From an uncultured Armatimonadia bacterium (lineage in GTDB: Bacteria; Armatimonadota; Zipacnadia; CAVVLO01), in the NCBI GenBank assembly GCA_963749155.1, contig CAVVLO010000003.1, forward strand, positions 320,001-384,000: a DNA stretch of 64,000 nt. The letters are read 5' to 3'. Every line of letters begins with the position of its first letter. The first letter of the stretch is position 1. Below are positions 52,141-62,432 of the stretch, one piece after another. Both the position numbers and the translations under genes were made by a program. The notes under the pieces were generated by a model, which made no database searches, was not told the origin of the DNA, and saw only the letters and a program-made list of their open reading frames with translations.

Positions 52141-54012
52141 GTGACCAGATATGGACTTATTCTACACCGATTGGCACTTGGTATGACCTTGATGCTTGGA
52201 CTAGTCGGGCCAGCCCAGTGCGCCCCGCTGGAGGAGATAAACGTGGAAAGTCGTGCTGCTGCCCAACTGAACTGGAGCCCAGCGCCCCCTGTAATCGAAG
52301 CTCCGCATAGTTTCGGAAAGCCGGTGGTAAAGCTAGCGGATTTCGAACAGAAGGGCGTCTCGACCTGGCAGGCTTTCGAGAACGCCATCGAGGCCTGCAG
52401 GCGCGAGGAGGCCGGCGCGCTGGTGCTGGAGCCAAAACGCTACCTTTTCGATGATCCGGCTGCTGCCGGCAAGCAAGCCCATCTCCTCTTCGAGGGACTG
52501 CATGACCTGGTTATCGAGGGCAACGGGGCGGAGCTTATCTTCCACCACATCAAACCGGGCATCTACTTTCTGAACTGCCAGCGAGTGGCACTGAAGCAGG
52601 TCAGCATCGACTGGGATATCCGGCTTGCTTCGGCAGGCGTGGTAGAGCTGGATGCCGAGGGCAGGCGAGTCATCAAGGTGCTGGACGAGTTTCCCGTGAC
52701 GCCCGAGATGCCGGTGACTGCCTTTACGGAGTATCACATTGAGCAGCGCAGATGGGCGCTGGATCCGGCAGAGCAGTACAATCCGGCAGGTGTCGAGCTC
52801 ATCGCCCCGCAGACCTACTATTGCCCTGGGCTGGTCGGTGTCTTCACGCCTGGGAAGGAAGTGCTCATCCGCCACTATGTTTACCAGGCCATCGGGATTG
52901 GTTTTATGGGCCTCGAGACCAGTGATATAGCTTGCGAGGACGTGACCATCTGGCAGTGCCCGAGCCACGCTTTCCTCGCCGCGATGTGCGAGGGGGGCAT
53001 CCGGCTGACGAGGTGTCGCATCCAGCGCAAAGACGAGCCTGACCGGCTTATCAGCGCGACCGCCGATGGAGCGCATTTTATGAGCCTCAAGGGCGACATC
53101 CTGATTGAGGACTGCGATTTCTCCTACCAGGGAGACGATTCGGTAAATATCCACGGGATGTGGTGTCAGGTCGCAGAGATTGTGGACGACCACACAGTGA
53201 AGCTTGCGGGCAAATTCGTCGAAGGCACCGCGATAACAGCCAGCCCCGGCGATGAGATCAAATTTTGCAAAGCCGCCAACCTGGCCGAGTTAGGTCGGCT
53301 TGCACTGGATCATATAGCCCTCGGCGCCGATGGCAAGAGCCTCTTGCTGAAGACTGTAGAGGCGCTTCCTGAAGGCCTCGAACTGGGAGACTTCCTCGGC
53401 AATATGAATCGCGCCTGCAATCGGTATATCATCCGGGGCAACTACTTCCACGACCACAGGGCGCGCGGGATGCTCATCCAGGCGAAGGACGGGCTGATTG
53501 AGAACAACCACGTCGCGCGGACAATGGCGGGGGCGCTCAACCTCACCGTGGACTGCAACTACTGGACCGAGGGCTTCGGCATCGAGCGCCTGATTGTCCG
53601 CGGCAACACCTTCGAGACCTGCAACTGGGCCGGCTGGGAGCGCCATGGCAGCGGCGTGCATATGGGGATGGTCTCCCTCGCTGTAGACACCAAAACCGGA
53701 CCTGGCGATTATCCCGTTCATCACCAGGTGCTGTTCGAGAACAACACTTTCATCGACACGCCCGGACTGGCGCTGTTCCTCTCGGGCTGCGAGGACGTCG
53801 TAGTCCGCAATAACCGCCTGGTGGGCTGCAATGCAGAGCCCTTCCCCGGCACGGGCAGGAACGTGGGCGTAGAGGCCCAGGGGTCTATCTTCATCGCGCG
53901 CGCCTCGAAGGTGACTGTGTATGGCACCACCCAGGAAACCCCTGGTGGAAGCTTCGCAAGCGGCGTGGTGGCGCAGGAAGGCAGCACTAGCGACATCGTG
54001 ATTGAGGAGTAG
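52141..54012 (+). CDS. Right-handed beta-helix protein, GH110 alpha-galactosidase-like
   Basis: ISATADGAHF, IEDCDFSYQGDDSVNIHG, RARGMLI; GTG start after GAGGTG. Confidence 0.8.
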   Translation: MTRYGLILHRLALGMTLMLGLVGPAQCAPLEEINVESRAAAQLNWSPAPPVIEAPHSFGKPVVKLADFEQKGVSTWQAFENAIEACRREEAGALVLEPKRYLFDDPAAAGKQAHLLFEGLHDLVIEGNGAELIFHHIKPGIYFLNCQRVALKQVSIDWDIRLASAGVVELDAEGRRVIKVLDEFPVTPEMPVTAFTEYHIEQRRWALDPAEQYNPAGVELIAPQTYYCPGLVGVFTPGKEVLIRHYVYQAIGIGFMGLETSDIACEDVTIWQCPSHAFLAAMCEGGIRLTRCRIQRKDEPDRLISATADGAHFMSLKGDILIEDCDFSYQGDDSVNIHGMWCQVAEIVDDHTVKLAGKFVEGTAITASPGDEIKFCKAANLAELGRLALDHIALGADGKSLLLKTVEALPEGLELGDFLGNMNRACNRYIIRGNYFHDHRARGMLIQAKDGLIENNHVARTMAGALNLTVDCNYWTEGFGIERLIVRGNTFETCNWAGWERHGSGVHMGMVSLAVDTKTGPGDYPVHHQVLFENNTFIDTPGLALFLSGCEDVVVRNNRLVGCNAEPFPGTGRNVGVEAQGSIFIARASKVTVYGTTQETPGGSFASGVVAQEGSTSDIVIEE

Positions 54013-54021
54013 AGGCACAAG

Positions 54022-55368
54022 ATGAGAGAGAAGTTTGTATTGGTAGGCGCGGGAAGCGTCTCCTTTACTCGCGGATTGGTCGTGGATCTGGTCCAGCGCG
54101 GCGCAGAAGGCGAACTGGCCCTGGTGGATGTCTCTCCGGAGGCGCTTGCTATCGCGGAGGGGTTCGCGCGCAAAGTTATCGAAGCAGGTGGGTCAAAACT
54201 GAAGCTTTCCGCCACGACAGACCTGCGGAAGGCCCTTCCGGACGCCACAGCGGTCATCTGCACCATCGCAGTGGGCGGGCGCAAAGCCTGGGAGACTGAC
54301 CTCCTGTTGCCGCGCAAGTGGGGCATCTGGCAACCGGTTGGCGATACCTCGATGCCGGGCGGCACCTCGCGGGCGCTCAGGATGATCCCGGCAATGGTAG
54401 ACATCGCCCAGGCGGTCGTCGAGCTGGCCCCGAAGGCGCTGTTCTTCAATTATGGCAACCCGATGGTGCCTGTCTGCACGGGCATCAGGAAAGCCACCGG
54501 TGCAAACGTCATCGGGCTTTGCCACGGGGTCTTCCACGTCGCCGGGATGCTGGCCGAGGTGCTTGGTGTACCTGGAGATGAGTTGGTCTACACAGCGCTC
54601 GGTTATAACCATCTGACCTGGTTCACCGAGTTGCGCCATCAGGGCCAGGACCTGCTGCCGAAGCTGAAGGCCCTCGGCAAGGAGAAACTCGCCCAAGTGC
54701 CGGCGGCGCTTGGCAAGCAGGAAGTCGCAGGCCTCAATCCCTTCACCTGGCATATGCTGGAGCTGTTCGGCGGCTTCCCCGCGGTGCTGGACAGGCATAT
54801 CTGCGAGTTCTTCCCCGCTTTCTTTGCGGACGGCGCGTATTATGGCATCCAGTTTGGGAAGGACGTCTACACCACCGAGGAGCTAATCGAAGGCGGCGAT
54901 GCGGGCTTTGAGGAGATGCGCCAGGTGGCCCTGTCATTGGAGCCACTTTCGGACGACTATTTCAAGCGCATCGGAGGCGAGCACGAGCAGGTCGTGGACA
55001 TCATCGACTCTATCAGGCGCGACCTGGGCACAATCTACAGCGTAAACGTGCCAAACGAGGGACAAGTCACCAACCTGCCGCGGGGAGCAGTTATCGAGTG
55101 TCCCGCGATGGCCACGGCGGCTGGGCTTCGGCCTATTCAGTGCGGCGCGATGCCGCAGGGGATGGCCGCAACGCTGGCTTCGCGCTTTGCCTGGGTGGAC
55201 CTCACCGTTGAGGCGGCTCTCGAAGGCGACCGAGGCAAGTTCGTGCAGGCCCTCGTCGTAGACGGCAGTGTGAGAGAGCCCCTCCGATGCGGAAGCGCTG
55301 GCCGATGCCCTGCTGGAAGCGCACAGCCGAGTGGCTGCCCCAGTTTCGGAAGGGGGCGAATTAGCTGA
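54022..55368 (+). CDS. GH4 NAD-dependent glycosidase; indels near the 3' end
   Basis: LVGAGSVSF, GDTSMPGG, NYGNPM, GLCHG, GYNHLTW, NLPRGAVIECP. Confidence 0.9.
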   Translation: MREKFVLVGAGSVSFTRGLVVDLVQRGAEGELALVDVSPEALAIAEGFARKVIEAGGSKLKLSATTDLRKALPDATAVICTIAVGGRKAWETDLLLPRKWGIWQPVGDTSMPGGTSRALRMIPAMVDIAQAVVELAPKALFFNYGNPMVPVCTGIRKATGANVIGLCHGVFHVAGMLAEVLGVPGDELVYTALGYNHLTWFTELRHQGQDLLPKLKALGKEKLAQVPAALGKQEVAGLNPFTWHMLELFGGFPAVLDRHICEFFPAFFADGAYYGIQFGKDVYTTEELIEGGDAGFEEMRQVALSLEPLSDDYFKRIGGEHEQVVDIIDSIRRDLGTIYSVNVPNEGQVTNLPRGAVIECPAMATAAGLRPIQCGAMPQGMAATLASRFAWVDLTVEAALEGDRGKFVQALVVDGSVREPLRCGSAGRCPAGSAQPSGCPSFGRGRIS

Positions 55369-57161
55369 AGAAGGTACTGCCCATCTTTCTGCTGCTTTTG
55401 GTACTGCTAACCCTGGGGGTAGACGCCTCAACTGGAGGCTCTGGCGTGCTTTATACTTACGAACTGAAGCTGGACCGAGATACCGAGTCCTGGGACAGGG
55501 CGCTTGCGGTCGCTTGTCTGCAGGGGCTTATCAACAGAGAGGCGCCCTCGCTGTATGTGTTCGCGCCGCCAGGCAGCTACAACCGGCCTGCCTCTGACTG
55601 GTGCGAGGGCTGGGCGCGCGCCGACAGCACAGCCTACTGGTGGGAGCTCTTCCGTGGGCCGGGCGGTTGGCTGGCTGACCGGACAGTCCAGGAGATACCT
55701 GACCTTGAGGGCCTGCTGAAGCTGGCCGGAGACCGAGTCAAGGGAGTCATCATCTGGGACCCGGAAGTACCAGCAACCGTGAACGTCGCCACTACCATCG
55801 CAGGAGTCCGCGATGGAGTCGTGCTTAGTCCCGAGCTTGCTGAGGAGTTGCTTCCCAGGTGGAAGCTGCCTGTGATTGAAGACCTGCGCGGTCGCTTTAC
55901 AGGGCTTCAGACGGGCAGCAAGAAGAACGACGCCTATCGCTGGGCGATGCGCGAATATCTCTACAAGGGCAAGTGCTCCAGTCGCTTCCTCGCCTGGTAC
56001 CCCGACGCCTTCGTGACCCGCGAGAAAGGCGCCTGGGACTACATCGTATGCCGAGATTGGGCTGTCCAGAACAGGCTGTTCTGTTTCAGCTTGTGGCCCT
56101 GGGCCGATGAACCCGCAGCCGACGAGCCAGACCAACCCTCTGGCACTGATTACGAGACTTTTACCCGGATCCTGACCGAAGTGAAAAGGCAGGCCGGCGG
56201 CAAGCATATGACCGAGCTTGCGGGCTTCTTCGCCTTCTACGATGGACCAATGTGGACCGGCGCCCTCAAGACCCTCCACCCAGATGGCGTGTATACCGAA
56301 TGGGAGACAGTCTGGCAGATTAGCGCATATGACACGTATCAGAATACTGCCTGCGACCTCGTCTACAATCAGTCTCTGCATAGCCAGGCGCCCTTCAAAC
56401 CCCTGAAGCAGTCGAGGCCAGTTGGAGAGCCGCCCCTCGAGAACAAGACCTATATATGTCTGCTGATGGCTGATTATGACTCCACCAAGCCCCTGTATGC
56501 TTTTCTGAGGCAGTGCTGGGATGATCCTGCGCGCGGGAAGCTGCCACTTGCCTGGGGCATCGATCCCAACCTGGTAGACATGCTGCCGGACCTGCTCACT
56601 TACTTCTACGAGACGGCAACCCCTAACGACTTCTTTGTCAGTGATGCAAGCGCAGCGGGATATTTCAATCCGAATCGCATCCAGGAGGCTTCCTGGCCCC
56701 TCTTCATCCGCCACAACAAATACTATTTCGATCTGCTGGATATGAGCATCGCGGGGATGGTACTCGATTTCGACCAGCCGAAGCCTGCCACGAAGGACGC
56801 CTTCAGCCAGTTCGCGCCTGACGGTTATGCCTGTATCACCTGGGACCAGCATGGGACGGGCGGGAAGGCTCCTTCCCCCCAGGTCTGGAAGGGGATGCCG
56901 ATAATCGAGATGACCGGAGGCGCTTCCAGCCTCGAGGCGCCGGAGCAGGCGGCCGAGGCGCTGCTGCGCTCGATGCCTCAACGCCAGCAGGATAAACCCT
57001 ATTTCCAGTATTTCCGTATTGTCTATACGCCGCCCTCACTTGTTGCGGAGACTATTGACCGACTTCGCGCCTTGCGGCCAGAGCTTGACCTGGAAGTGGT
57101 AGATCCGTATACCTTCTTCAGGCTATACAAGCGTCACCTTCAGGGAGGCGCTTCCTCGTAA
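55365..57161 (+). CDS. Secreted GxGYxYP-family putative glycoside hydrolase
   Basis: LQGLINR, IIWDP, NVATTIAG, NQSLH, LENKTY, RGKLPLAWGIDP, SAAGYFNP; the signal peptide begins at an in-frame CTG at 55365. Confidence 0.75.
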   Translation: MKKVLPIFLLLLVLLTLGVDASTGGSGVLYTYELKLDRDTESWDRALAVACLQGLINREAPSLYVFAPPGSYNRPASDWCEGWARADSTAYWWELFRGPGGWLADRTVQEIPDLEGLLKLAGDRVKGVIIWDPEVPATVNVATTIAGVRDGVVLSPELAEELLPRWKLPVIEDLRGRFTGLQTGSKKNDAYRWAMREYLYKGKCSSRFLAWYPDAFVTREKGAWDYIVCRDWAVQNRLFCFSLWPWADEPAADEPDQPSGTDYETFTRILTEVKRQAGGKHMTELAGFFAFYDGPMWTGALKTLHPDGVYTEWETVWQISAYDTYQNTACDLVYNQSLHSQAPFKPLKQSRPVGEPPLENKTYICLLMADYDSTKPLYAFLRQCWDDPARGKLPLAWGIDPNLVDMLPDLLTYFYETATPNDFFVSDASAAGYFNPNRIQEASWPLFIRHNKYYFDLLDMSIAGMVLDFDQPKPATKDAFSQFAPDGYACITWDQHGTGGKAPSPQVWKGMPIIEMTGGASSLEAPEQAAEALLRSMPQRQQDKPYFQYFRIVYTPPSLVAETIDRLRALRPELDLEVVDPYTFFRLYKRHLQGGASS

Positions 57162-57172
57162 AGGAGACCAAT

Positions 57173-58681
57173 ATGAGACTGAACAGAGCTGAGTATCGCG
57201 ATAAAGTGCTGGCCTGCTGGCTTGGCAAGAACATCGGAGGCACGCTTGGAGCGCCCTTCGAATGGCAGCGTCAGGTGAACAAGGTAAGCTTCTACACCCA
57301 GGACCTTGGCGGCGAGCCGATGCCCAACGACGATCTGGACATCCAGCTTTTGTGGCTGGTGGCGATGGAAGAGCGCGGAGTGGACCTCGACGCTAACGAC
57401 CTGGCCGAGTATTGGACTTTGTATGTCACTCCGCACTGGTCCGAGTACGGCATCGGCAAGACCAATATGCGTATGGGCCTTCAACCGCCCCTGTGCGGCA
57501 CTCTCAATAACCCATATAAGGACAGTTGCGGGGCGTTCATCCGCGCCGAGATCTGGGCCTGCATTGCGCCAGGCTCGCCGCAGGTGGCAGCGGCCTATGC
57601 CTATAATGACGCCATTCTCGACCATGGCAATGGCGAGGGCACCTATGCCGAAGTGTTCGTCGCGGCTCTTGAGAGCGCAGCTTTCGTCATAAGTGACTTG
57701 CGCAAACTGATTGATATTGCGCTGTCCTATATCCCCGAGTCATGCGGGGTCGCCGGGGCTGCGAATCTGGCCGTCGAGTGCTATGAGAGCGGCAAATCCT
57801 GGCTCGAGGCGCGCAACCTGATTCTTGACAAGCATCGCGGGCGGCTTGCCTGGCCGACTACTTCGAAAGAAGACATCGAGCGCGGCTTTGATACGGGCCA
57901 GGTCGGCTATGATGTGCCGAGCAATATCGGGATGCTGCTGATAGGCTTGCTGTACGGCGAGGGCGACTTCGCCAAGAGCCTGTGCACGGCCGTCAACTGC
58001 GGCGAGGACACCGACTGCACGGGCGCGACGGCTGGGTCCATCTTCGGCATCCTGCACGGGACGGCAGGCATCCCCGAAGAATGGATTGCTCCCATCGGGC
58101 GCAGCATCAAGACGGTCAGCCTGAACCTGGGCGAGCTTGGGTATTTCGGCAACCAGCTTGCCCTGGACGTGGACACGCTGACGGCGCGCACCGCTAGTAT
58201 CCAGCAGCAGGTGGCGGCGCGCAAGCCGCTACGCCTGGGGGTTGGCGAGGAAGCAACCGACCTGTCGGATGTAAATCCGGACAGCTTCTACGTTGGCTCG
58301 AAGTGGCGGATGGCCTTCTACGCCAATCTGGATGCGCCGGTATACCGCTTCCTCGACTTCGACGTGGCTGTTGATTACGGCAAGGAAGGGCCCGCCATCA
58401 CTACCGGAGAAGCCCGCACCGTGAAGCTGCGCATCACCAACAAGTACAAGACAATGGCAAACCTCAATGTGCAGTGGTACGCGCCCGACGACTGGACCAT
58501 CACGCCTCCCAATGGCCTGATATTTTCCTGGAACACAACCGGGATCGCAGAGGCAGAGTTCTCCGTCGAGGTTGACGACCTGGTAGAGCCAGTGGCGCGC
58601 GCTGTCATCGAGATAACAAGCCCAGGCAGGCCGACTACACTGCTCGTGCCGGTCACTTTTGTGAACGGGAGCCTGCTCTAA
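57173..58681 (+). CDS. ADP-ribosylglycohydrolase-family protein with a C-terminal Ig-like domain
   Basis: DKVLACWLGKNIGGTLGAPFE, PNDDLD, GAFIRAEIW, NCGEDTDCTGATAG. Confidence 0.88.
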   Translation: MRLNRAEYRDKVLACWLGKNIGGTLGAPFEWQRQVNKVSFYTQDLGGEPMPNDDLDIQLLWLVAMEERGVDLDANDLAEYWTLYVTPHWSEYGIGKTNMRMGLQPPLCGTLNNPYKDSCGAFIRAEIWACIAPGSPQVAAAYAYNDAILDHGNGEGTYAEVFVAALESAAFVISDLRKLIDIALSYIPESCGVAGAANLAVECYESGKSWLEARNLILDKHRGRLAWPTTSKEDIERGFDTGQVGYDVPSNIGMLLIGLLYGEGDFAKSLCTAVNCGEDTDCTGATAGSIFGILHGTAGIPEEWIAPIGRSIKTVSLNLGELGYFGNQLALDVDTLTARTASIQQQVAARKPLRLGVGEEATDLSDVNPDSFYVGSKWRMAFYANLDAPVYRFLDFDVAVDYGKEGPAITTGEARTVKLRITNKYKTMANLNVQWYAPDDWTITPPNGLIFSWNTTGIAEAEFSVEVDDLVEPVARAVIEITSPGRPTTLLVPVTFVNGSLL

Positions 58682-58701
58682 GGCTCTCCCCTTGCTCCAC
58701 T

Positions 58702-58747
58702 AAGAGGCGAGGTTCTTCCGGAATATCCGGAGGAATCTCGCCTTTTT
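58702..58747 (+). terminator. Intrinsic terminator
   Basis: GGCGAGGTTCTTCCGGA-ATA-TCCGGAGGAATCTCGCC followed by TTTTT, 20 nt after the stop. Confidence 0.85.
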
Positions 58748-58765
58748 GCTTGCGCAAGTACGGAC

Positions 58766-58780
58766 TGGCACGTTTCTTGC
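58766..58780 (+). promoter_or_regulatory. Sigma54 (-24/-12) promoter
   Basis: TGGCACGTTTCTTGC matches TGGCACG-N4-TTGC with exact GG/GC spacing, directly after a terminator. Confidence 0.7.
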
Positions 58781-58796
58781 CATCAGGTAGTAAGCA

Positions 58797-58928
58797 GGAT
58801 TGCCTGGGAATAAGGGCGGCGAAGAGGCCAGAAAGCTTTTTCCTTTCCTTCGGGAGGAATATGATGAGATTTACCGAAAGGGAAAGAACTGCCTTCTCAG
58901 CCCATTATCCTACCGCAGCCAGGCATCC
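58797..58928 (+). ncRNA. Putative structured leader or small RNA (long imperfect hairpin)
   Basis: Nested pairings GGATTGCCTGG/CCAGGCATCC, GGAATAAGGGC/GCCCATTATCC, GAAGAGGC/GCCTTCTC and TTCCTTTCCTTCGG/CCGAAAGGGAAAGAA. Confidence 0.45.
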
Positions 58929-58979
58929 AGTTTGACCGCCAGGCCTTGCCGTCACATACTCAGGGAGGAGAACACCGAA

Positions 58980-59305
58980 ATGGCAAACGAACCGCTCCAG
59001 CTCAAGCCAGGAATGAAGACACCGGCAGCGGGCACCTACGTGCTGCTTAATGAAGCCGGTGTCGAAGTCAAACGGGTAGTGTACGAAGCGGGCCGCAGGT
59101 TCCCGCCTGGGCCCAAGGGCGGCTACTACGTACTGGAGGCCGACGCGCCTGCCGTGCCTGCTGCGCCCGCCCCCGAGGTAGCCCCTGAAGCGGCTCCCGA
59201 GAAAGTAAACCCAAGAAAGAGAAGAAGGACAAGAAGTGCAAGAAGAAGGACAAGAAGAAAGACAAGAAGAAGGACAAGAAGAAGGATAAAAAGAAGGGCA
59301 AGTAG
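58980..59305 (+). CDS. Small protein: YjzC-like N-terminus, Ala/Pro linker and Lys-rich (KKDKK)n tail; indel at about 59210
   Basis: GGAGGAG RBS; LKPGMKTPAAGTYV...GRRFPP; 15-nt AAGAAGGACAAGAAG repeats read KKDKK to TAG at 59303-59305 in the shifted frame. Confidence 0.7.
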
Positions 59306-59332
59306 GCCTTTTAGCCTCTCGAGGAGTAACAG

Positions 59333-62300
59333 ATGAGGCCTGCGCCGCTGCTTGTCCTCCTGGCACTGTTTGGGGCGCTCTGTCAGGCTGGCTCGCCAGT
59401 TCCGATTGAGCGCGTCTGGTCACTTGGCGATTTCACGAGCTTCGGCTGGAACTGGGATGCCGAGTCCGTGGAAGCCAGGGGCGGCTACCTGCAAGTGAGC
59501 GAGTCGCTCTACGACAAAGGCCTTTATGCTCCCGTTTGGGCAGAGGGCGATTTCACGCTTTCGCTTCGCTTCAGGGCCCTCGAAACGCGCGCCTGGGGCG
59601 GTTGCGGGCTCTTCTTTGGCCTGACCACTCCCACTGGCGCAAGAACTGGCCATATGGCGCGCGTGATGGCCGGCAATCAGGTGCTTGCCGGCAGCCTGCT
59701 CGCCACCCAGTTTGCGGACCAGGGAGTCACAGGGTGTCCTGATATTGGCCGCGGCTGGCACACTTTTGAAGCGCAGGTTAAGGCCAGTCAAAAGACCTGG
59801 TCAATCGCCCTCGATGGCAAGGTCTATCTGGCCGACCTGCCCCTCAAGCAGCTCGCTGGCTATATTGGCGTGGATGTCTGCGATGGGACCTTCCAGCTTG
59901 CAGAACTAAAGCTCATACAAATCTCACCCGCCAAACCTGACAAGACGCCAAAACACCTGGCCGCGCTTGCGGCAGAACCCTCCGGAGCCTTTTACACCCC
60001 TCTTCCTGGCCATAAAGGCGTCGGTTATTTCTCGCCGGAAGGCAAGCTCGAACGGATTATCAGGCTTGAGGGCTTCTCGGAAGAACAAGCCTGGGCAGGA
60101 CTAAGCGAAGGCGAAGGCCTGGTATGGGCCTTCCTGCCTCTTCCAGAGGGCAAGACGCGCCTCTTTCGACTTTCGGAAGGGCGTCTCCTGGAGACGCACG
60201 AGGTTGCGGGCAATTTCTGGCAGGCAACTGTCCTTGGACCTGACCGACTCGCCCTCCGCGAGCCAACTGGTCGAATAGTCGTTATCCAGACCAGCCGCGA
60301 AGGGACAGAGGCCCTAATCGAAGCAACACTTGGCGGACGTGACTCTCGGATTACTGGCTTGTTCGACCGCCTCGCGCTCGCATCGAAAGACCACCTCGAT
60401 ATATATTCGATGTCGGTAGAACCGGAAAGCTTCGACTTGCCAGGCCTTGGCCAGCCAGAACAGGTGCTGGCGCGGAGCGAGGGCATCTATATTGTGGCCT
60501 CAGGCAAGGTCAGCCTCTTCGATTGGGAGGGGAAGCCTAAGGCCAGCTTCGAGGGAAAGAGGCTAGAAGGCTTTTCGGCGGCCTCTTTCGCCTTCGGAAA
60601 GCGACCTCTGGTGGGCGATGCGGCCTCTGGCGCCTTGATTGCGATTGACAACCACCTCGACGAGTTCACCCCCAGAGTAGAGACGACCTCGGAGGGCTCC
60701 TGGATTAGCTGGCAGACCGCCACTCCGCAGCGCGGCAAGGTCCTGCCTAGAGTCTGAAGACGGTTCTCAAAAGGCCTTCGAAGAGGCAACCGCGGTAGCA
60801 GAGCACTCTCTACTGCTTGCCGGGCTTGCGCCAGCCCAGCGCTACAAGGCCTATCTGGAAGGGGGCCTCGAAGTCGTCACCGGCCCCAGGCCTTCCCTGA
60901 AGCCAGTCAGGTTCGTCTCCCCGGCGCCGAAGGGCCAGCTTGCCTATATCCGGTATCCAGTTGCAGTCTGCTTCCTGCCCAATGTGCCTAGATGACCGGA
61001 GCCCTGCCAAAGAGGGGCAACCGCACTTTCCAGCCTGCCTCCGAGGCCGAGATTGCGCGCGTAAAACACGAGCTGGAACAGGCCTTCCGGTTCTACTGGA
61101 TCCATTCCCATTTTGCTTTCTGCGTGGAACCCACCTGGCTGGTGGACGAGACGGTTTTCAAGCGCTCGGAAGTCTATGAAGAGGGCGATACCTACCATCC
61201 ACGAAGCGAAGTGATGGAGCGCCTGGGCGCAAGCGTTGGAAAAACGCCGGACGACTTTCCTGCGATCCTCTTCCTGGGCGCGACGACTGGCTGGGATGAG
61301 GGGCGGGGCGCCTGGCGGTGGAGCGGGCGCGGAGGCGGGTGGACTTACGGCGTGCCCGCTGCCGAGAGGGGCCATGGCCTTTCCTGGTGGGAGCCGACTC
61401 CACTCGATTATATGGTGCCTAATAGCTGGCTGTTTATCCACGAGTTCAACCATCAGGTGGATGGGCTCTTCCAGGCGGCGGGCTATGAGGACTACTGGTT
61501 CAACCATTACGCGCCTAGTGAAGGCAATACTGGCGATTTTGGCGAGTGGATGGACGCCGACCGATTTGTTTTGCGCCATTGGCCTCATGAAAACTGGCTG
61601 CTTGCTCCGCGCGGCCAGGTGGCAACGATGGCCGATGCCGATGAAGACGGCCTTCCTGATTCTGATGCCAAAATCTGGTTCGATGAAGCGCGCTTTGGCA
61701 GTGCTCCCACCTTGAAAGACACGGACGGGGATGGGCTTTCTGATGGCGAAGAGGTCGCCCTCGGGCTTTGGATACGCCAGGGCATACGCGATGACTACTG
61801 GGCAGGCGGCCTGACGCCGAATCCGGCTGACTCCGACACTGACGGAGATGGCCTGGGCGATGCCGAAGACCCACTGCCTCTGTATCCGGTCGACGCTATT
61901 CTCCCGGCTGTCGAAGACCCAGACGCTGAACTCGCAAAGCCAGTTGGGCCAATGTTAATCGAGCTGGCCGATCCCCAGGTGGAGGCCAGGCTTTACCTGG
62001 CGCAGTCGGACGGTTATCTGTGGATTTCCTGCTCGGCCGACCGCCCCTTTGAGCTGCACGCCCAGTTTGACTGCGGGCTTGATGGCTGGTTCGCAGGCAG
62101 TGACAACTGGGATGTATGGCTTGAGAGCGAGGGAGAAGCGTCACCCAAAACGCGGCTCTTCGATGCCGGCTCGCTTACCGAGTGGCCCAGGGACGACTGG
62201 GAAAGCCTGAAGTCGCTCGCCTGGCGCTATGCTCGCGGCACAATTGATGGGCAGCCCTATGTCGTGGTTGGGATTCCAGAAGCCCCGCGTTATGGCCTGG

Positions 62301-62422
62301 TGCTGAAGCAAGGCCAGCAACTGAATCTGAGACTTGGCGTACGAGTAGCAGTAAACAAGTTTGGCGATGTGCGGGAACTTGGCCCCTTCGAGCCGAATAC
62401 TTTCGCCAAGTTTACCTTCTGA
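59333..62422 (+). CDS. Large secreted multidomain protein (lectin-like N-terminus, HExxH motif, DxDGDG Ca-binding repeats); frameshifts at about 60745-61000
   Basis: Signal peptide; FIHEFNHQVD; DADEDGLPD, DTDGDGLSD, DTDGDGLGD. Confidence 0.6.
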
Positions 62423-62432
62423 GGAGAACTGG

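Noticed and set aside
58797..58928. Confident 6S or SRP RNA call
   Set aside because: No clear central bubble of 6S type and no SRP domain IV motif; kept only as an unassigned structured RNA
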